NCBI RefSeq assembly: GCF_006345805.1
Contig: NC_043011.1
Coordinates: 42,792,464 to 42,856,463 of the forward strand
Source of the DNA: Octopus sinensis
Lineage: Eukaryota
Reading direction: 5' to 3'
DNA: 64,000 bases
The notes beneath the pieces were generated by a model. It was given only the letters and a program-made list of their open reading frames with translations, had not been told where the DNA came from and made no database searches. Shown here in pieces: positions 52,745-64,000 of the stretch (its first letter is position 1; every line of letters starts with the position of its first letter). The position numbers were made by a program, and so were the translations under genes.

Positions 52745-54480
52745 TTTTTTTTAGATCAGACCTGTTTTCAGAGGTGGGATTGCTGCAATGCACAGCGGCA
52801 CTTGCTCAGTGGTCAAAGTAAATGGCCGCCTATCGGAACCATTTAGTATCACACGTTCAATCCGTCAGGGCTGCCTACTGCCATCTCTTCTGTATGTGCT
52901 GGCTCTCGAGCCACTGCTGCAGTTGTAACAATTAAGAGGCCTCCTTTTCGAAACTGGATTAGTGTCTGCATACACGGATGACGTCACCGTCATGGTGTCG
53001 GACGTCTCCGAAGTGGCGATGGTCGGCTCCATTGTAAGGGAATATTAGTCGGTTCCAGGGGGATAAAATAAATGCTGACATATTGGTGGGATTGCGACTG
53101 GGCACCTGGAGAGGCAGATCGATGCGGTCGGACGCTGGACTGACTGACCAGTGAAACTGCTTGGGATCTGGTTTGGTCTCGACCTCCAGGTAGAATAGAA
53201 TTGGGAAGAGGTGACGAAAAGGCTAATCTCTTTTACCCAGAAATTGGCAGAGAGGAAGTTGTCCCTGAAACGTCGGGCAGAGGTGGTGAATGTCTATATC
53301 GCCTCAATCATTATTTATCGTCAGACCATTGTGCCTTGCCCCAGTTACAGCCTAATCAGATTGGAGTGTATCCTGTTTATTTTCTTGAGGAAAGAACGCG
53401 TTCCAATGGTCAGGTGGTTAGTCTGCTGCCAACTTCCTTTGCGTGGTGGCTTAGGCATGCTATGGATTTTAATGTGCAGACACGCACTCAGGTTGCGCCA
53501 TCTAAGGCGATTTCTAGAAGGTGAACGTGTGTGGGCTCCGTTTGTGAGACACGTCTTTCCGCAGTTCGTCTCCTCGACGGAGCTGTAGTCTTGGGTAAAG
53601 GATAGGCTGAGACTGAGTGGCTGGCACTTAGAATGTCATTAGACGCTCACTGACCCCTACAAGTCGGGCAACAGGATCGGTAGATGTTCCACTTTCGATA
53701 TTTACAGAGGATTAGTCACGGGGAAATGCGACGACGTCCTCAGGGAGACTCTAGGCGTCGACGAAGACGAACTGGCAAGTCTTTTCCGGAGGACTTTCCG
53801 GTCGGAGACTGTTATGAATAATTTCCAGATGTCTTTGGCCTGGCAGTGCTACCGGAGGCCGCTACTTGTTCGGGATAAACTCTACAGACATGGATATGCT
53901 GTCAGACTGGCTTATCCGGAGTGCTCGCAGAGCGACGAAACCGTTCTGCATGCACTCGTTCTGTGTCCAGGTATTGCTGACTTGTGGAGTTACGTCGAAC
54001 AGCTGCTGTCACGTGTAGGACACATCCGTCTTCGTCCGAGTCCATAATGATGATTGTCCCGCCGACATCTTTTAATCGGGCTGGCAAGGCAATTTTCCTT
54101 TGTCTGGTGGCTGTGGCGAAAGAGGTTATTTACTGGACGAGGCTCAAAAGAATGAGGACAGAAACTTCTTCTTATCGACTTTTTCAAGTTTCACTTGAAA
54201 AGGAAAGTGAGGGTGGAGTGAGAGGTGCTGTCCTCGAGTGAATTTATGAGATGGTGGATGAAAGTTGCAAAAATGGCAAGAGGGGATTGTACCACTCCCA
54301 GTGTAGACTTGTGAGTCGGAAGAAAAAAGTTGGAGTGTGTTCTCGTCCTTGGTACTAAGGGTGACCTTGGATCGTGGGGTTCCGTGATTATCCCCAGAGG
54401 TCCTCCTGAATCAGGGGGAGATCCCCCATCACGATCCTTTTTTACCCTCTTTTTATAGTGTCATATACTATGTATACTTC
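52745..54480 (+). mobile_element. Tx1/L1-clade LINE ORF2 3' part (RT plus C-terminal zinc finger) and 3' UTR, decayed
   Basis: VKVNGRLSEPFSITRSIRQGC, SAYTDDVTV, KLLGIWFG, LSLKRRAEVVN, LRGGLGM, PECSQSDETVLHALVLC; stops and frameshifts. Confidence 0.92.
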
Positions 54481-54487
54481 TTTTCTC

Positions 54488-54612
54488 CTAAGCGGCTCGG
54501 CAAAAGAGTCCGATAGAATAAGTACTAGGCTTACAAAGAAGTCCCAGTGTCGATTTGCTCGACTAAAGGCGGTGCTCCAGCATGTCCGCAGTCTGGCTGA
54601 AACAAGTAAAGA

Positions 54613-54614
<2 letters not shown>
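54488..54614 (+). mobile_element. SINE A 3' fragment
   Basis: cggcaaaagagtccgatagaataagtac...gcggtgctccagcatg. Confidence 0.85.
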
Positions 54615-54654
<40 letters not shown>

Positions 54655-54689
54655 TGTATGTATGAATGTATGTATGTATGAATGTATGT

Positions 54690-54902
54690 ATTAAGGGGCT
54701 GGCAGGATCTTTACCGCGCTGGGAAAAATGCTTAGCGGCATTTTCTTTCGGCTTCGCGTTCTGAGTTCAAATGGCGCTGGGGTCGACTTTGCCTTTCATC
54801 CAATCGCAGTAAATAAAATAACTGTCAGTTGAACACTGGGTCGATGTAATCGACTTAACATCCTCCCCTGGAATTTCTAGCTATGTGCCAAAATTTGAAG
54901 CC
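54690..54902 (+). mobile_element. SINE D2
   Basis: ctgagttcaaat...gtcgactttgcctttcatcc...gtgccaaaatttgaa. Confidence 0.8.
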
Positions 54903-55080
54903 AATGTATATATGTACACAATGTGCATATGTATATGTACTACATAAATGTGTGTGGTGTGTGTGTGCGTGAGCCTGTATGTGTGTGTGTCTCTTTCTCC
55001 CCACCGTCCCTCTCTGTATATATATATATGTATATATATATGTATATATATATATTATATGTATATGTATATATATATAT

Positions 55081-55118
<38 letters not shown>

Positions 55119-55164
55119 GTATATATATATTATGTATAATGTATATAATATATATATGTATATT

Positions 55165-55195
<31 letters not shown>

Positions 55196-55418
55196 TATAT
55201 ATGTATATATATGTAATATATGTATATATATATATATGCATATATATATATATATTATGTATATATATATAGATATATATATATATATATTATACATACA
55301 CATCATATACACATATATATAGTATATATATTATATTATATATATATTGTACATACATATATGTATATATACATACATACATATATATATATAGATAGAT
55401 AGGTATATATATATATAT

Positions 55419-55468
<50 letters not shown>

Positions 55469-55479
55469 TGATAGACAAG

Positions 55480-55511
<32 letters not shown>

Positions 55512-55920
55512 CATATATAGACATAGTGGTCGGCCGTTTGGACACAAAAGCAATTGGAATATGAGAAAACTCTCACAAAATTGTCTGAGTGTTGGTAGAT
55601 ATTGCATCAACGTCGGAAGGGGATGAAGTTAACCAGGCGAAATGGAGAACAACCGTGATTGGACCAAATCTCACGAACTATTTTCACTCAACTCACCGAT
55701 TATGTTATTTAACATGGAAACGCGCGCATGCGCACACGCACACACGCACACACATGTTCTGTAGGTTATTCTTCCTGTAAAGTTTTCTAAGAATTTCCAT
55801 GCCTATTTGTGCATCTACTTAGTGATACTCTCATTACTACTCAGCAAGTACTTGTGTTATAATTTCATTCACATCTGGGTATAATTGCAAATACACGCGT
55901 GCGTTTTGAAGGGAGTGAAA

Positions 55921-55954
<34 letters not shown>

Positions 55955-56015
55955 CCTATCTGACTGTCTGTCTGTCTGTCTGTCTGTCTTTCTGCATGTC
56001 TGTCTGCCTGCCTGC

Positions 56016-56059
<44 letters not shown>

Positions 56060-56181
56060 TTATCTATCTACATATATTATTCGTATATGGATATACATAT
56101 ATGTGCATATATATATATATATATGTGTGTGCGTGTATATTATACGTATATGGATATACATATTTATATACTATATATATA

Positions 56182-56228
<47 letters not shown>

Positions 56229-56237
56229 ACGGGCATA

Positions 56238-56463
56238 AGGCGTGGCATATGGCGTAGTGGTTAAGAGCACGGCTACTAACCCCAAGATTCCGAGATGATT
56301 CGAAGCAGTGGCCTTAATAATATAATAATAATAATAATAATAATAATATAATAATAATAATAATAGTAACAACAACAACAACATCAAAAAATACCATAGG
56401 AAAGAGAACATAGGTTCGAAATTTCCTCAAGACACCTGATGAAGGCTGGAGGGTATATCAGCC
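56238..56463 (+). mobile_element. tRNA-headed SINE E with (AAT)n spacer and half-hammerhead tail
   Basis: A box TGGCGTAGTGG at 56250-56260, degenerate B box, then CTGATGA-A-GGCTG...CAGCC at 56436-56463. Confidence 0.6.
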
Positions 56464-56529
56464 TCACACTCACGCACGTACGCATGCACATATAACTGCA
56501 GGGTACTTTTCACATGACATATGCATATA

Positions 56530-56730
56530 GGTCTTTGTGTTTGTGTTTACCCCCAAACATCTTGACAACTGGGGTTGCCTTGTTTACGTTCCCTTAACCT
56601 TGGGTTTTATCAAGAGAGATATAAGAACTAGACTTAAAACATAAGTCCTGGGATCGATTTGTTTGACAAAAACCCTTCAAGGCATTGCCTTAGCATGGCT
56701 GATGAATGACTGAAAAAGAAGTGAATAATA
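56530..56730 (+). mobile_element. SINE A 3' half, old
   Basis: ataagtcctgggatcgatttgtttgac...agcatggctgatgaatgactgaaa. Confidence 0.6.
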
Positions 56731-56776
56731 AAATATATACATTTAGCTGTACTAAAGGATCTACTTGTAAAATCTT

Positions 56777-57192
56777 GAGTGGCTGTGTGGTAAGTAGCTT
56801 GTTTACCAACCACATAGTTCCGGGTTCAGTCTCACTGCGTGGCACCTTGGGCAGGTGTCTTCTACTATAGCCTCGGGCCGACCAAAGCCTTGTGAGTGGA
56901 TTTGGTAGACGGAAACTGAAAGAAGCCTGTCGTATATATGTATATATATATATATATATATGCGTGTGTGTGTTTGTATGAGTGTGTTTGTCCCCCTAGC
57001 ATTGCTTGACAACCGATGCTGGTGTGTTTATGTCCCCGTTACTTAGCGGTTCGGGAAAAGAGACCGATAGAATAAGTACTGGGCTTACAAAAGAATAAGT
57101 CCCGGGGTCGAGTTGCTCGATTAAAGGCGGTGCTCCAGCATGGCCGCAGTCAAACGACTGAAACAAGTAAAAGAGTAAAAGAGTAAAGAGTA
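56777..57192 (+). mobile_element. SINE A, near full length, young
   Basis: Near-consensus head, body and tail. Confidence 0.92.
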
Positions 57193-57230
57193 CCCAAAGT
57201 GTCTGATGTGAAGAGACACAGTTTTTCACA

Positions 57231-57739
57231 TCTAATGTTCAAACGCATCTTTGAGTTAAGGCGAAGAGAATTTTACCAGTATCCTAGGTTGTAAATAGTA
57301 TACTGAAATCTCCTCATTTGAGTATTCGCAGTAAGTCTCTCTTATTTGTCTCAAAACTCCATAAGATTACTAAATCCACATCCATCCAAATATGAAGGTG
57401 AAACATGCGATTAGGAACTTATTCAAAATCACCGTTAATGCTATTTCTAACATTTGTAATTCGGTTCTTAAATCCGATCTTCAGTTCTTCGCTGATTTCT
57501 AATTCAATTAAATCTAGTAATTGCATTTAAACTTTTTGAATACTTGAAAAATGTGTTTAAGACCTAAAATATCAAGAATACTTTTGAAGACATCGAAGAA
57601 GTACTTATGTAATACTTAACAATAAAAGCACAAGACTTGAACATAGCAATATATTTCTGACTTTTTCTTCGAACAAGAAAACCTCGGAAACTAGTAAAAT
57701 TCTCTTCGTTTTAACTCAAAGATGCGTTTGAACATTAGA
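57231..57739. mobile_element. MITE with 60-bp inverted ends (probable TA target)
   Basis: 57231-57290 versus 57680-57739, 55/60 identical as inverted repeats. Confidence 0.85.
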
Positions 57740-58119
57740 GAATAACATTTGAAATATATGCACATGTAACTGCTTTTGTTTGAATTATATGTTATCTCCA
57801 TGCAACTGCCATTCATCTTGAAATATAAATGTGACATAAGTTATTTTTTGACTATTTATGTCGTTTGGGGGAAGAACTGTGCTTTTGATTTCAAAGAATT
57901 CAAAAGCTTTCTCAGAAAGACAATAAAAGCGATTCAGACAGGTGCTCTTCGACAACCAGCTAATGTCAGTGTATAATTATATGATTAAATTCTTCATTGT
58001 TTTGCAACTGTCTAAACAGTATAATATTCTGTCATGGATAAAATTATTTTTGATTTTGTTAATTGTGATGTATGCAATCTTTAAGTTTTTATTTTTGTAA
58101 CATATTACAGCGGTTCTAT

Positions 58120-58350
58120 CAGGCGGCGATCTGGTAGAATCATTAGCGTGCCGGGCAGAATCGTTAGCGACATTTCGTCTGCCGCTACTTTCTGATTTCA
58201 TATTCCTCTACGGTCGACTTTACCTTTCATTTGCTTCTTGTTTTTTTTTTTTCGGAGTCGATAAAACAAATGACAGTTGAGAACTGGAGTCTATTTAATC
58301 GATCTATCCCTTCGCCCGACATTGCTAGCCTTGTGTCAAAATTTGAAACC
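58120..58350 (+). mobile_element. SINE D2 with internal poly-T
   Basis: aggcggcgatctggtagaatcattagc...cggtcgactttacctttcat...cggagtcgataaaa. Confidence 0.8.
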
Positions 58351-59429
58351 AGTTCTGTAATCTACAGTACTGGTTTCAAATTCATGCTATATACTGCCCA
58401 CACAACACTGATGTGTGTGTGTGTACGCACGCAACGATTCTACGGTTGCAGTGCAAAATCGACAGAGTACCAACATTTTCCGCTGTCATTACATTTATTA
58501 AAGGAATCTTTTGTTCTCTTTTCCTTAAAAGACTCTCTCACAATGCGAAATAATAACTCTGCTTCCGCATCTATTACCAAAATACCCGGCAGGTACTAAC
58601 GCTTGTGTTATATGCTCTCCTTATATAAACCAAACGTAAGCTAGCATTAAGGTTTCACATCCTGGTAAATTTAATTCTTCCTATGAAAACGAGTGGACCT
58701 CAATAATTTGCAACATTATGTATTCCATTGTCCTCGAACATTTTTTTCAATTCATACAATGTACTGTGCTGTTGTTCAATTATCGATTATGTCACTCACT
58801 GGCTTGCGCAATACGATTTGTAAAACCTCATCGACATCTGTTAGGATCAGTTCTTTTCCAATAGTAGGTGGATTTATGGATTTCACAATCACTTCTGATA
58901 TTTTGTCAGAAATGTGTATCCGATTGTGTTTTTCTTTCTCGCAATGAAACAGATGAAAACATACGCGCTTATAAACGTCGGCTATTTGGAATATTGGCTC
59001 CGGTGTGCTTTAAAATACGAGAAATCTTTATGTCTTTATTTGCCAAGTCAACGTCAATTATTTTGAGATATCACCTAATCTCGAAGCTTTCATAGATTCA
59101 ATGAAATATACCTTTGTGATAAGCCAGGAACATTGGTATTAGTTTATTTGAAGTATCGGCATAAAACCGACATGGAACAAGAAATAACCACAAATTCATA
59201 TTTATGTTATATCTGTAAAGGAAATACATACAAACATACGGGGATTGACAGTCACACACACACACACACACACATACAGGCATCTTGGGTAAATGCCTTC
59301 TATTGTAGCTCCGGGTCTACCAAAGCTTCACGATTGAATTTGGTAGATATGTATATTACTGAAAGATACCATACCTTACATATGTGTGTGTGTGCGTATC
59401 TATATATATGGATATAAATATATATATAC

Positions 59430-59492
<63 letters not shown>

Positions 59493-60089
59493 TTATATAT
59501 AGACATGCACACACATATGTCTATATATATGTATGTATATATTTGTATACATATACATACATAGGTACACACATACACGTATACATATATACATATATAC
59601 ATATATGTATGTGTATACGATAAAATCAAATAGTGAAGATGAGCGCTCATCAACATGGAGACGAGCACCAACTTCTCATGCAATGAGATCAAAAATTGTT
59701 TAGAGATATACTTCGTTTAACATGAACCCAATGGTAGTCTGTTTAACCCACAAATAATATACATTCATAACACCTACCGTTATTAGGGAGTTTTCCCTAA
59801 ACGCTATACCGCAGTAAATACGGTGAATAAATGAAACACGTACGTTGTGTAAGTGTGATCGATAATGTTCACGTTTCTATTACTGCTTTTAATTTGCAAT
59901 TAAAATTTAGTTTCACGTGTCCTTGGCCGTAGCAGATCACCAAATAGTTCTTACACTATTTCTCTATATTCAAAAGCGAGGCATTCAGTTCGTCTTCGTT
60001 TCTATCCAAATGAATGGTGTTGATAAACACCACTCACTTGGATAAGCCTGTTGCTTAACACTAATTATATATATATATATATACATTGG

Positions 60090-60320
60090 TGGTGTGTGTA
60101 TGTTTGTCCCCACCCCTCCATCGCTTATCAACCGATACCGGCGTGCTTATGTCCCCGTAAATTAGCGATTCGGTAAAAAAAAAAAACTGATAGGATAACT
60201 ACTAGGTTTACAAAGAATAAGTCCTGAGGTCGATTTTTCTTTTTTTGACTAAAAACCCTTTAAAGTGGTGCTCCAGTATGGCTGCAGTCAAATGACTGAA
60301 AGAAGTAAAAGAAAAAGAGA
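60090..60320 (+). mobile_element. SINE A 3' half
   Basis: gtggtgctccagtatggctgcagtcaaatgactgaaa. Confidence 0.8.
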
Positions 60321-60734
60321 GAAATTAAAGAATGCACCCAACACACACATATACACACACACACACACGCACACACACTTTGTTTCTTCTTTCTATTCCA
60401 TTTAATCCATTTAATTATGAACATCTACTGTAGTATTTAATCCCATCAGGTTAAACTTTGCCACTGAAACTTACGAGGATCAATAGAATAGTATACTGTA
60501 TCAATTTTATCAACAATATCTTCTCAAAAATTCTTGACCTCAATATTAATGTGATCATAATGCCAATATCTACCTTGCGTTCAAATCGAACCGGAGTCAA
60601 ATTTGTTGCTCATCTTTAATGGCGGTTGATATGCAGTAATACACCAACCGATTCCTGGATAGATTTGGTCTTCAAAATAACCCTCCAAAATGCATGGTCT
60701 TAAATCTGTGTTACAAGTCAATATTGATATTTTA

Positions 60735-60925
60735 CATAACAATTGTTGGCATTCCGAGCAAAACTCTAAGCGGCATTTCGTCTATAGTTACATTCCGTGT
60801 TCAAATTTCGCCGAGGTCGACTTTACCTTTCATCCTTTCGGAGTCGATAGAATAAGTACGAGTTCAATACTGAGATCGAGTTACTCACTCTCCCGAAAAT
60901 GCTGTCCTTGTGCCAAAATTTCAAA
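60735..60925 (+). mobile_element. SINE D2
   Basis: gtgttcaaatttcgccgaggtcgactttacctttcatcctttcggagtcgatag. Confidence 0.82.
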
Positions 60926-61011
60926 TTAATATTTTGTTAATTTCTATTAATATTTTATAGATTCAACTCTTCTTTTCATACCTTAATGCTCTCCCTCCAT
61001 TTCGCTACTTA

Positions 61012-61057
<46 letters not shown>

Positions 61058-61249
61058 TTATATACGTATATTTATATATATTGTGGCATTTAATGTACCA
61101 TAACCGTGTTTTGCTTTTGATCTTAAATCATGAACTCTGTTACGTATTAAGTCATTTATTATTTGTTATGTGTTTTTAGCCACTCGTAATTAGTCTACAA
61201 AATTTAATGATATTTTATTCTGTTATTTAATGATATTTTATTCTGTTAT

Positions 61250-61427
61250 TTAATCATAACTGTCTTTCGATTTGAAAATGGGGAACCACCCAACGCGGAT
61301 ACAAATGATTAGTTCGCTAAACTCTTGCATCGTTTCTCTCTCTCTCAGTCACTCTTCACCTATATATCACCCTGTCCAACAAAACTAACCAACAGATGAT
61401 GTATCTTCAACAGCTGCAGAGAAGCTG
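61250..61427 (-). pseudogene. possible Penelope-like GIY-YIG endonuclease relic (left flank of the nested insertion)
   Basis: Minus strand RYIIC...YIGEE*LRER resembles the VIY..C...YIGET.R.L.ER motif. Confidence 0.35.
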
Positions 61428-61639
61428 ACATGTCTAGCTTCTCTCGGTTTCTTTATTAGCCACAGGGGCCCAAACATAGAGGGGGACAAACAAGGACAGA
61501 CAGGAGAGCACAGAGGAGACAATACATAGAACGAATATGATGAGATGATTATACAATAACGGGGTTATGAATGGCTGCATACGCCCCTCATCACATGCAT
61601 TACCATTAATCTTTTTAAACTATCCATTTTTATCATGTA

Positions 61640-62013
61640 CTAGCAGTATCGCCCGGCGTTGCTCAGGTTTGTAAGGGAAATAACTATAAAGCATTTTTAG
61701 AGAGTTATAGCCAAAAAATAGCAAAAAAATGGGGAAAAAAATGATGGTAAATTTTTTTTGAGAGTTAAAAAAGGTGGAGTTGCGTCCCCTAGACGGTCTG
61801 TGGTTTGGGTTTTTGATTCTCGACCCCATGTCGAATGTATCGATTTTTTTCAGAACTGGGGGAACTTTTCAAAATTTTCGCTGCGTTAGTTTTGAATTAT
61901 GACATTGGGCTATGTGTGTGTCAAGTTTCATCAGAATCGGTTGAAAGCCGTGGTCAGAGTGAGGGTACGAGAAAACAGACACACAGACAAACTGCCGTTT
62001 ATATAGAGAGAGA
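61640..62013 (-). mobile_element. non-autonomous Helitron nested in the ORF1-only element
   Basis: A|TC 5' end at 62013; 3' hairpin cctgagcaacgccggg followed by CTAG|T at 61640. Confidence 0.8.
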
Positions 62014-62204
62014 TTTACATAACAATTAATTATCGTCTGCCATTACAATTATTTGAACCATTTATATGTTCTCTAATATTGTTCTTCTATTTTCCGATAT
62101 TATTAAACATAACATAAAACACTTACTCTTTCTTTTTCCTTTTTTCCCCTCCTTTTTCTTTTTTTTTCTTTTTTTCCTGTTGATTTGACATATTTATTTA
62201 CTTT

Positions 62205-63101
62205 TTAGTAAATTAGTGGTTCAATTTCTACTAAATCCACTACTGGTGGCAATTCTTTGAATTCCAACCTTACTCCTGGTGGGTCAACATCTCCACACAT
62301 TTCTTGCAGTCTCTTATATCTCTCCTCTTCAATCACTATCGCCTTCATATCCTCTGCATATAGGTATGCTGGTACCTTTACTCTTACTATTTGGTTGAAC
62401 TTGAGTATTTTCTTTACTGTTTCTATATTCTTCGAGTAGGTTACGTAATACCATACACCATTTCTTTTTATTTTCTTTCCTCTATTTTGGCTTTTCTGTT
62501 CTCTCTTTTCCTCCTCCACGCTAAACAGACTCTCCAATTCTTCTTCGGCCAGCTGAATTTCCGAATCCTTTTCTACCGGAGCAACTGATATTTTTTTCTT
62601 TCTCTGTCGGCCTTTTGTCTTCCTTTCTGCTGACCTCCTTCACGGTTTCTTTTCTCATATCTTTTCTCTTCTTTTTCTCTTTCTCTGGCGGAGAACCTAT
62701 CCCTCCGCTCCTCCTACTCTCCTTTTTTTTTACGACAGTAGAATCATCATCTGTTTCCTTTGTCTCGACCTGTTCTACCTGGACCCCGCTCTCCACCTGC
62801 TCTGCTTGCTGCTTTCTCTGGGTGCACCATGCCTTCATGTGGCCCTTCTCACCACATCCAAAACATACAGGCAGCCTTCCATCTACCTTCATTCTCAATG
62901 CAAAGCCGTCAGGCATCACTATCTCCTCCGCAATCCTATTTAAGTCGTCCATTGTTGCCTGGGTAGGGAGCTCTATCCCATATCCCCAGTAGTCGAGCTT
63001 GTTGGTTCTTGTGGCCTTTAATATTTTGGCCCATCTTTCATATTGAACATTATGGCTGTCATGAGCCATACCTTTTCTAGTTCTGGGGGGTACTTGGCCT
63101 A
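62205..63101 (-). pseudogene. retrotransposon ORF1 (gag-like, zinc knuckle), frameshifted
   Basis: LGQVPP/ELEKVWLMTAIMFNM/ILKATRTNKLDYWGYGIEL...DGRLPVCFGCGEKGHMKAWC, then a Lys/Glu-rich linker and a C-terminal domain (ORF 62205-62537). Confidence 0.8.
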
Positions 63102-63119
63102 ACATGTCTAGCTTCTCTC

Positions 63120-63660
63120 AACTACTAACAATACTTGGCAAAGTTAGCGAGTAGTCTAGTAAATACAATATTCTGAATTCTAGTGGACATGATAAAATTC
63201 AGTGCAACTGGTTTTTTTTTAATGAATTTTAGATGCAATACGTTTCTCAGTTTAACACCACCTCTTGCCTTTTGCTGCATTTATTTCGAATCAACTGTTA
63301 GCAAAGGGATAAAAAGATATTTCGGGACTCCTATTTCAGCTACATTTTCCTATATGGGATGCCACAGTTTCTCGGAGGAGGTAGAAAAAGTTTCTCAATA
63401 GATGCACGTCGCCACAGTAATAAAAAGGCCGAGCAATGTGGGTAACACCTGAGCATGGATCCTTGTCAGCAGTCGTCTCAATTAACTCAAAGTATATGTT
63501 TCCTTTTTTATCAGACCGGTCTTTACATCTGTCCTTTTATAAGCCCCGCCTAGTATTTGATGAAAGGCTAAGAAAAATATATATCTTCGTTTTGGGATCA
63601 CCACTACTTTATTATCTCCCCTTCTCCCTAGCACTCCTGTGTGACCCTTCTGTCCGGCAT
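63120..63660 (-). pseudogene. possible Penelope-like RT thumb/linker relic
   Basis: YKRTDVKTGL and TCIY*ETFSTSSEKL...EN..GVPKYLF loosely resemble PLE thumb motifs (YRK.T.TGL; CS...F..E..KL......NGYP); many stops. Confidence 0.35.
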
Positions 63661-63852
63661 TCGCCATGATAGATTGCTAGCCACTACACATTCTTTATTT
63701 TCTCTCCTTATTTCTTTCTGTGTTCCTTTCTGTGGAAGAGCGTGGGCTCGAAACGTTAAAGACTTTTTCACTTCCAGAGCGTTAACCTAATACATCTGTT
63801 TGTTGTCTACACCACCTGTCTTCGACTTTTGTTTCTTTGTGAATTCTCCCTA
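63661..63852 (+). mobile_element. Penelope pLTR-like repeat with hammerhead-like motif
   Basis: Second copy of 44278-44467; motif at 63726-63761. Confidence 0.75.
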
Positions 63853-64000
63853 TATATCTTCGAATATTCTTATTGCTCTCATGTTTTACAATGGTAAAGG
63901 ATCTCTAAGATGACCTTTCCCGTGACTTTGTTAACTGATATCTTATTGTTACTATAACAGTCTTCAACGTGATTTGACACAAAAGGCCTCCACATGCACT

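Larger units (their letters stand above)
61446..63101 (-). mobile_element. ORF1-only (gag/CCHC) Tx1/L1-type retroelement, 5'-truncated, HAL1-like
   Basis: 18-bp TSD acatgtctagcttctctc at 61428-61445 and 63102-63119; frameshifted ORF with CFGCGEKGHMKAWC knuckle ends at 62205; no RT; 3' end ...gtggctAATAAAgaaa. Confidence 0.82.

Noticed and set aside
56240-56315. Functional tRNA gene
   Set aside because: The B box and acceptor stem are degenerate, and the sequence continues into a repeat body.
58532-58592. Candidate 61-nt plus-strand exon (pyrimidine tract, aag|...cag|gtacta)
   Set aside because: Weak donor, unrecognised peptide, no neighbouring exons; needs RNA-seq.
63482-63667. ORF MANAGQKG... 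starting inside the hammerhead repeat, first read as the start of the gag ORF1 (a pLTR-gag fusion)
   Set aside because: The 18-bp TSD places the gag element's 5' end at 63101, so the upstream sequence is flank. The ORF is short and frame-broken.

Overview
AT-rich, microsatellite-dense animal DNA with no recognisable host gene. The repeat families look like those of an octopod cephalopod (inference from recalled repeat sequences, not a search). All long ORFs in the supplied track come from microsatellites or decayed retroelements. The window holds four main tRNA-derived SINE groups, labelled here A (CORE-like), B/C (modular heads and tails), D (monomer and dimer) and E. It also holds decayed LINEs (R4/Dong-like RLE elements in (AAT)n, CR1, RTE, Tx1/L1), Penelope-like relics, two non-autonomous Helitrons, two MITEs, two foldback elements and a 100-N gap. 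Four observations stand out. (1) An ORF1-only (gag/CCHC, no RT) retroelement is bounded by an exact 18-bp TSD, and its 3' end is the tail of SINE D1, suggesting a HAL1-like element. (2) An 18S rRNA fragment sits in sense orientation inside a SINE. (3) Several unrelated short repeats carry minimal hammerhead-ribozyme architecture. (4) CR1 and SINE A share a 3' tail with a hairpin at the same position. Coordinates were read by eye and boundaries of old elements are approximate.
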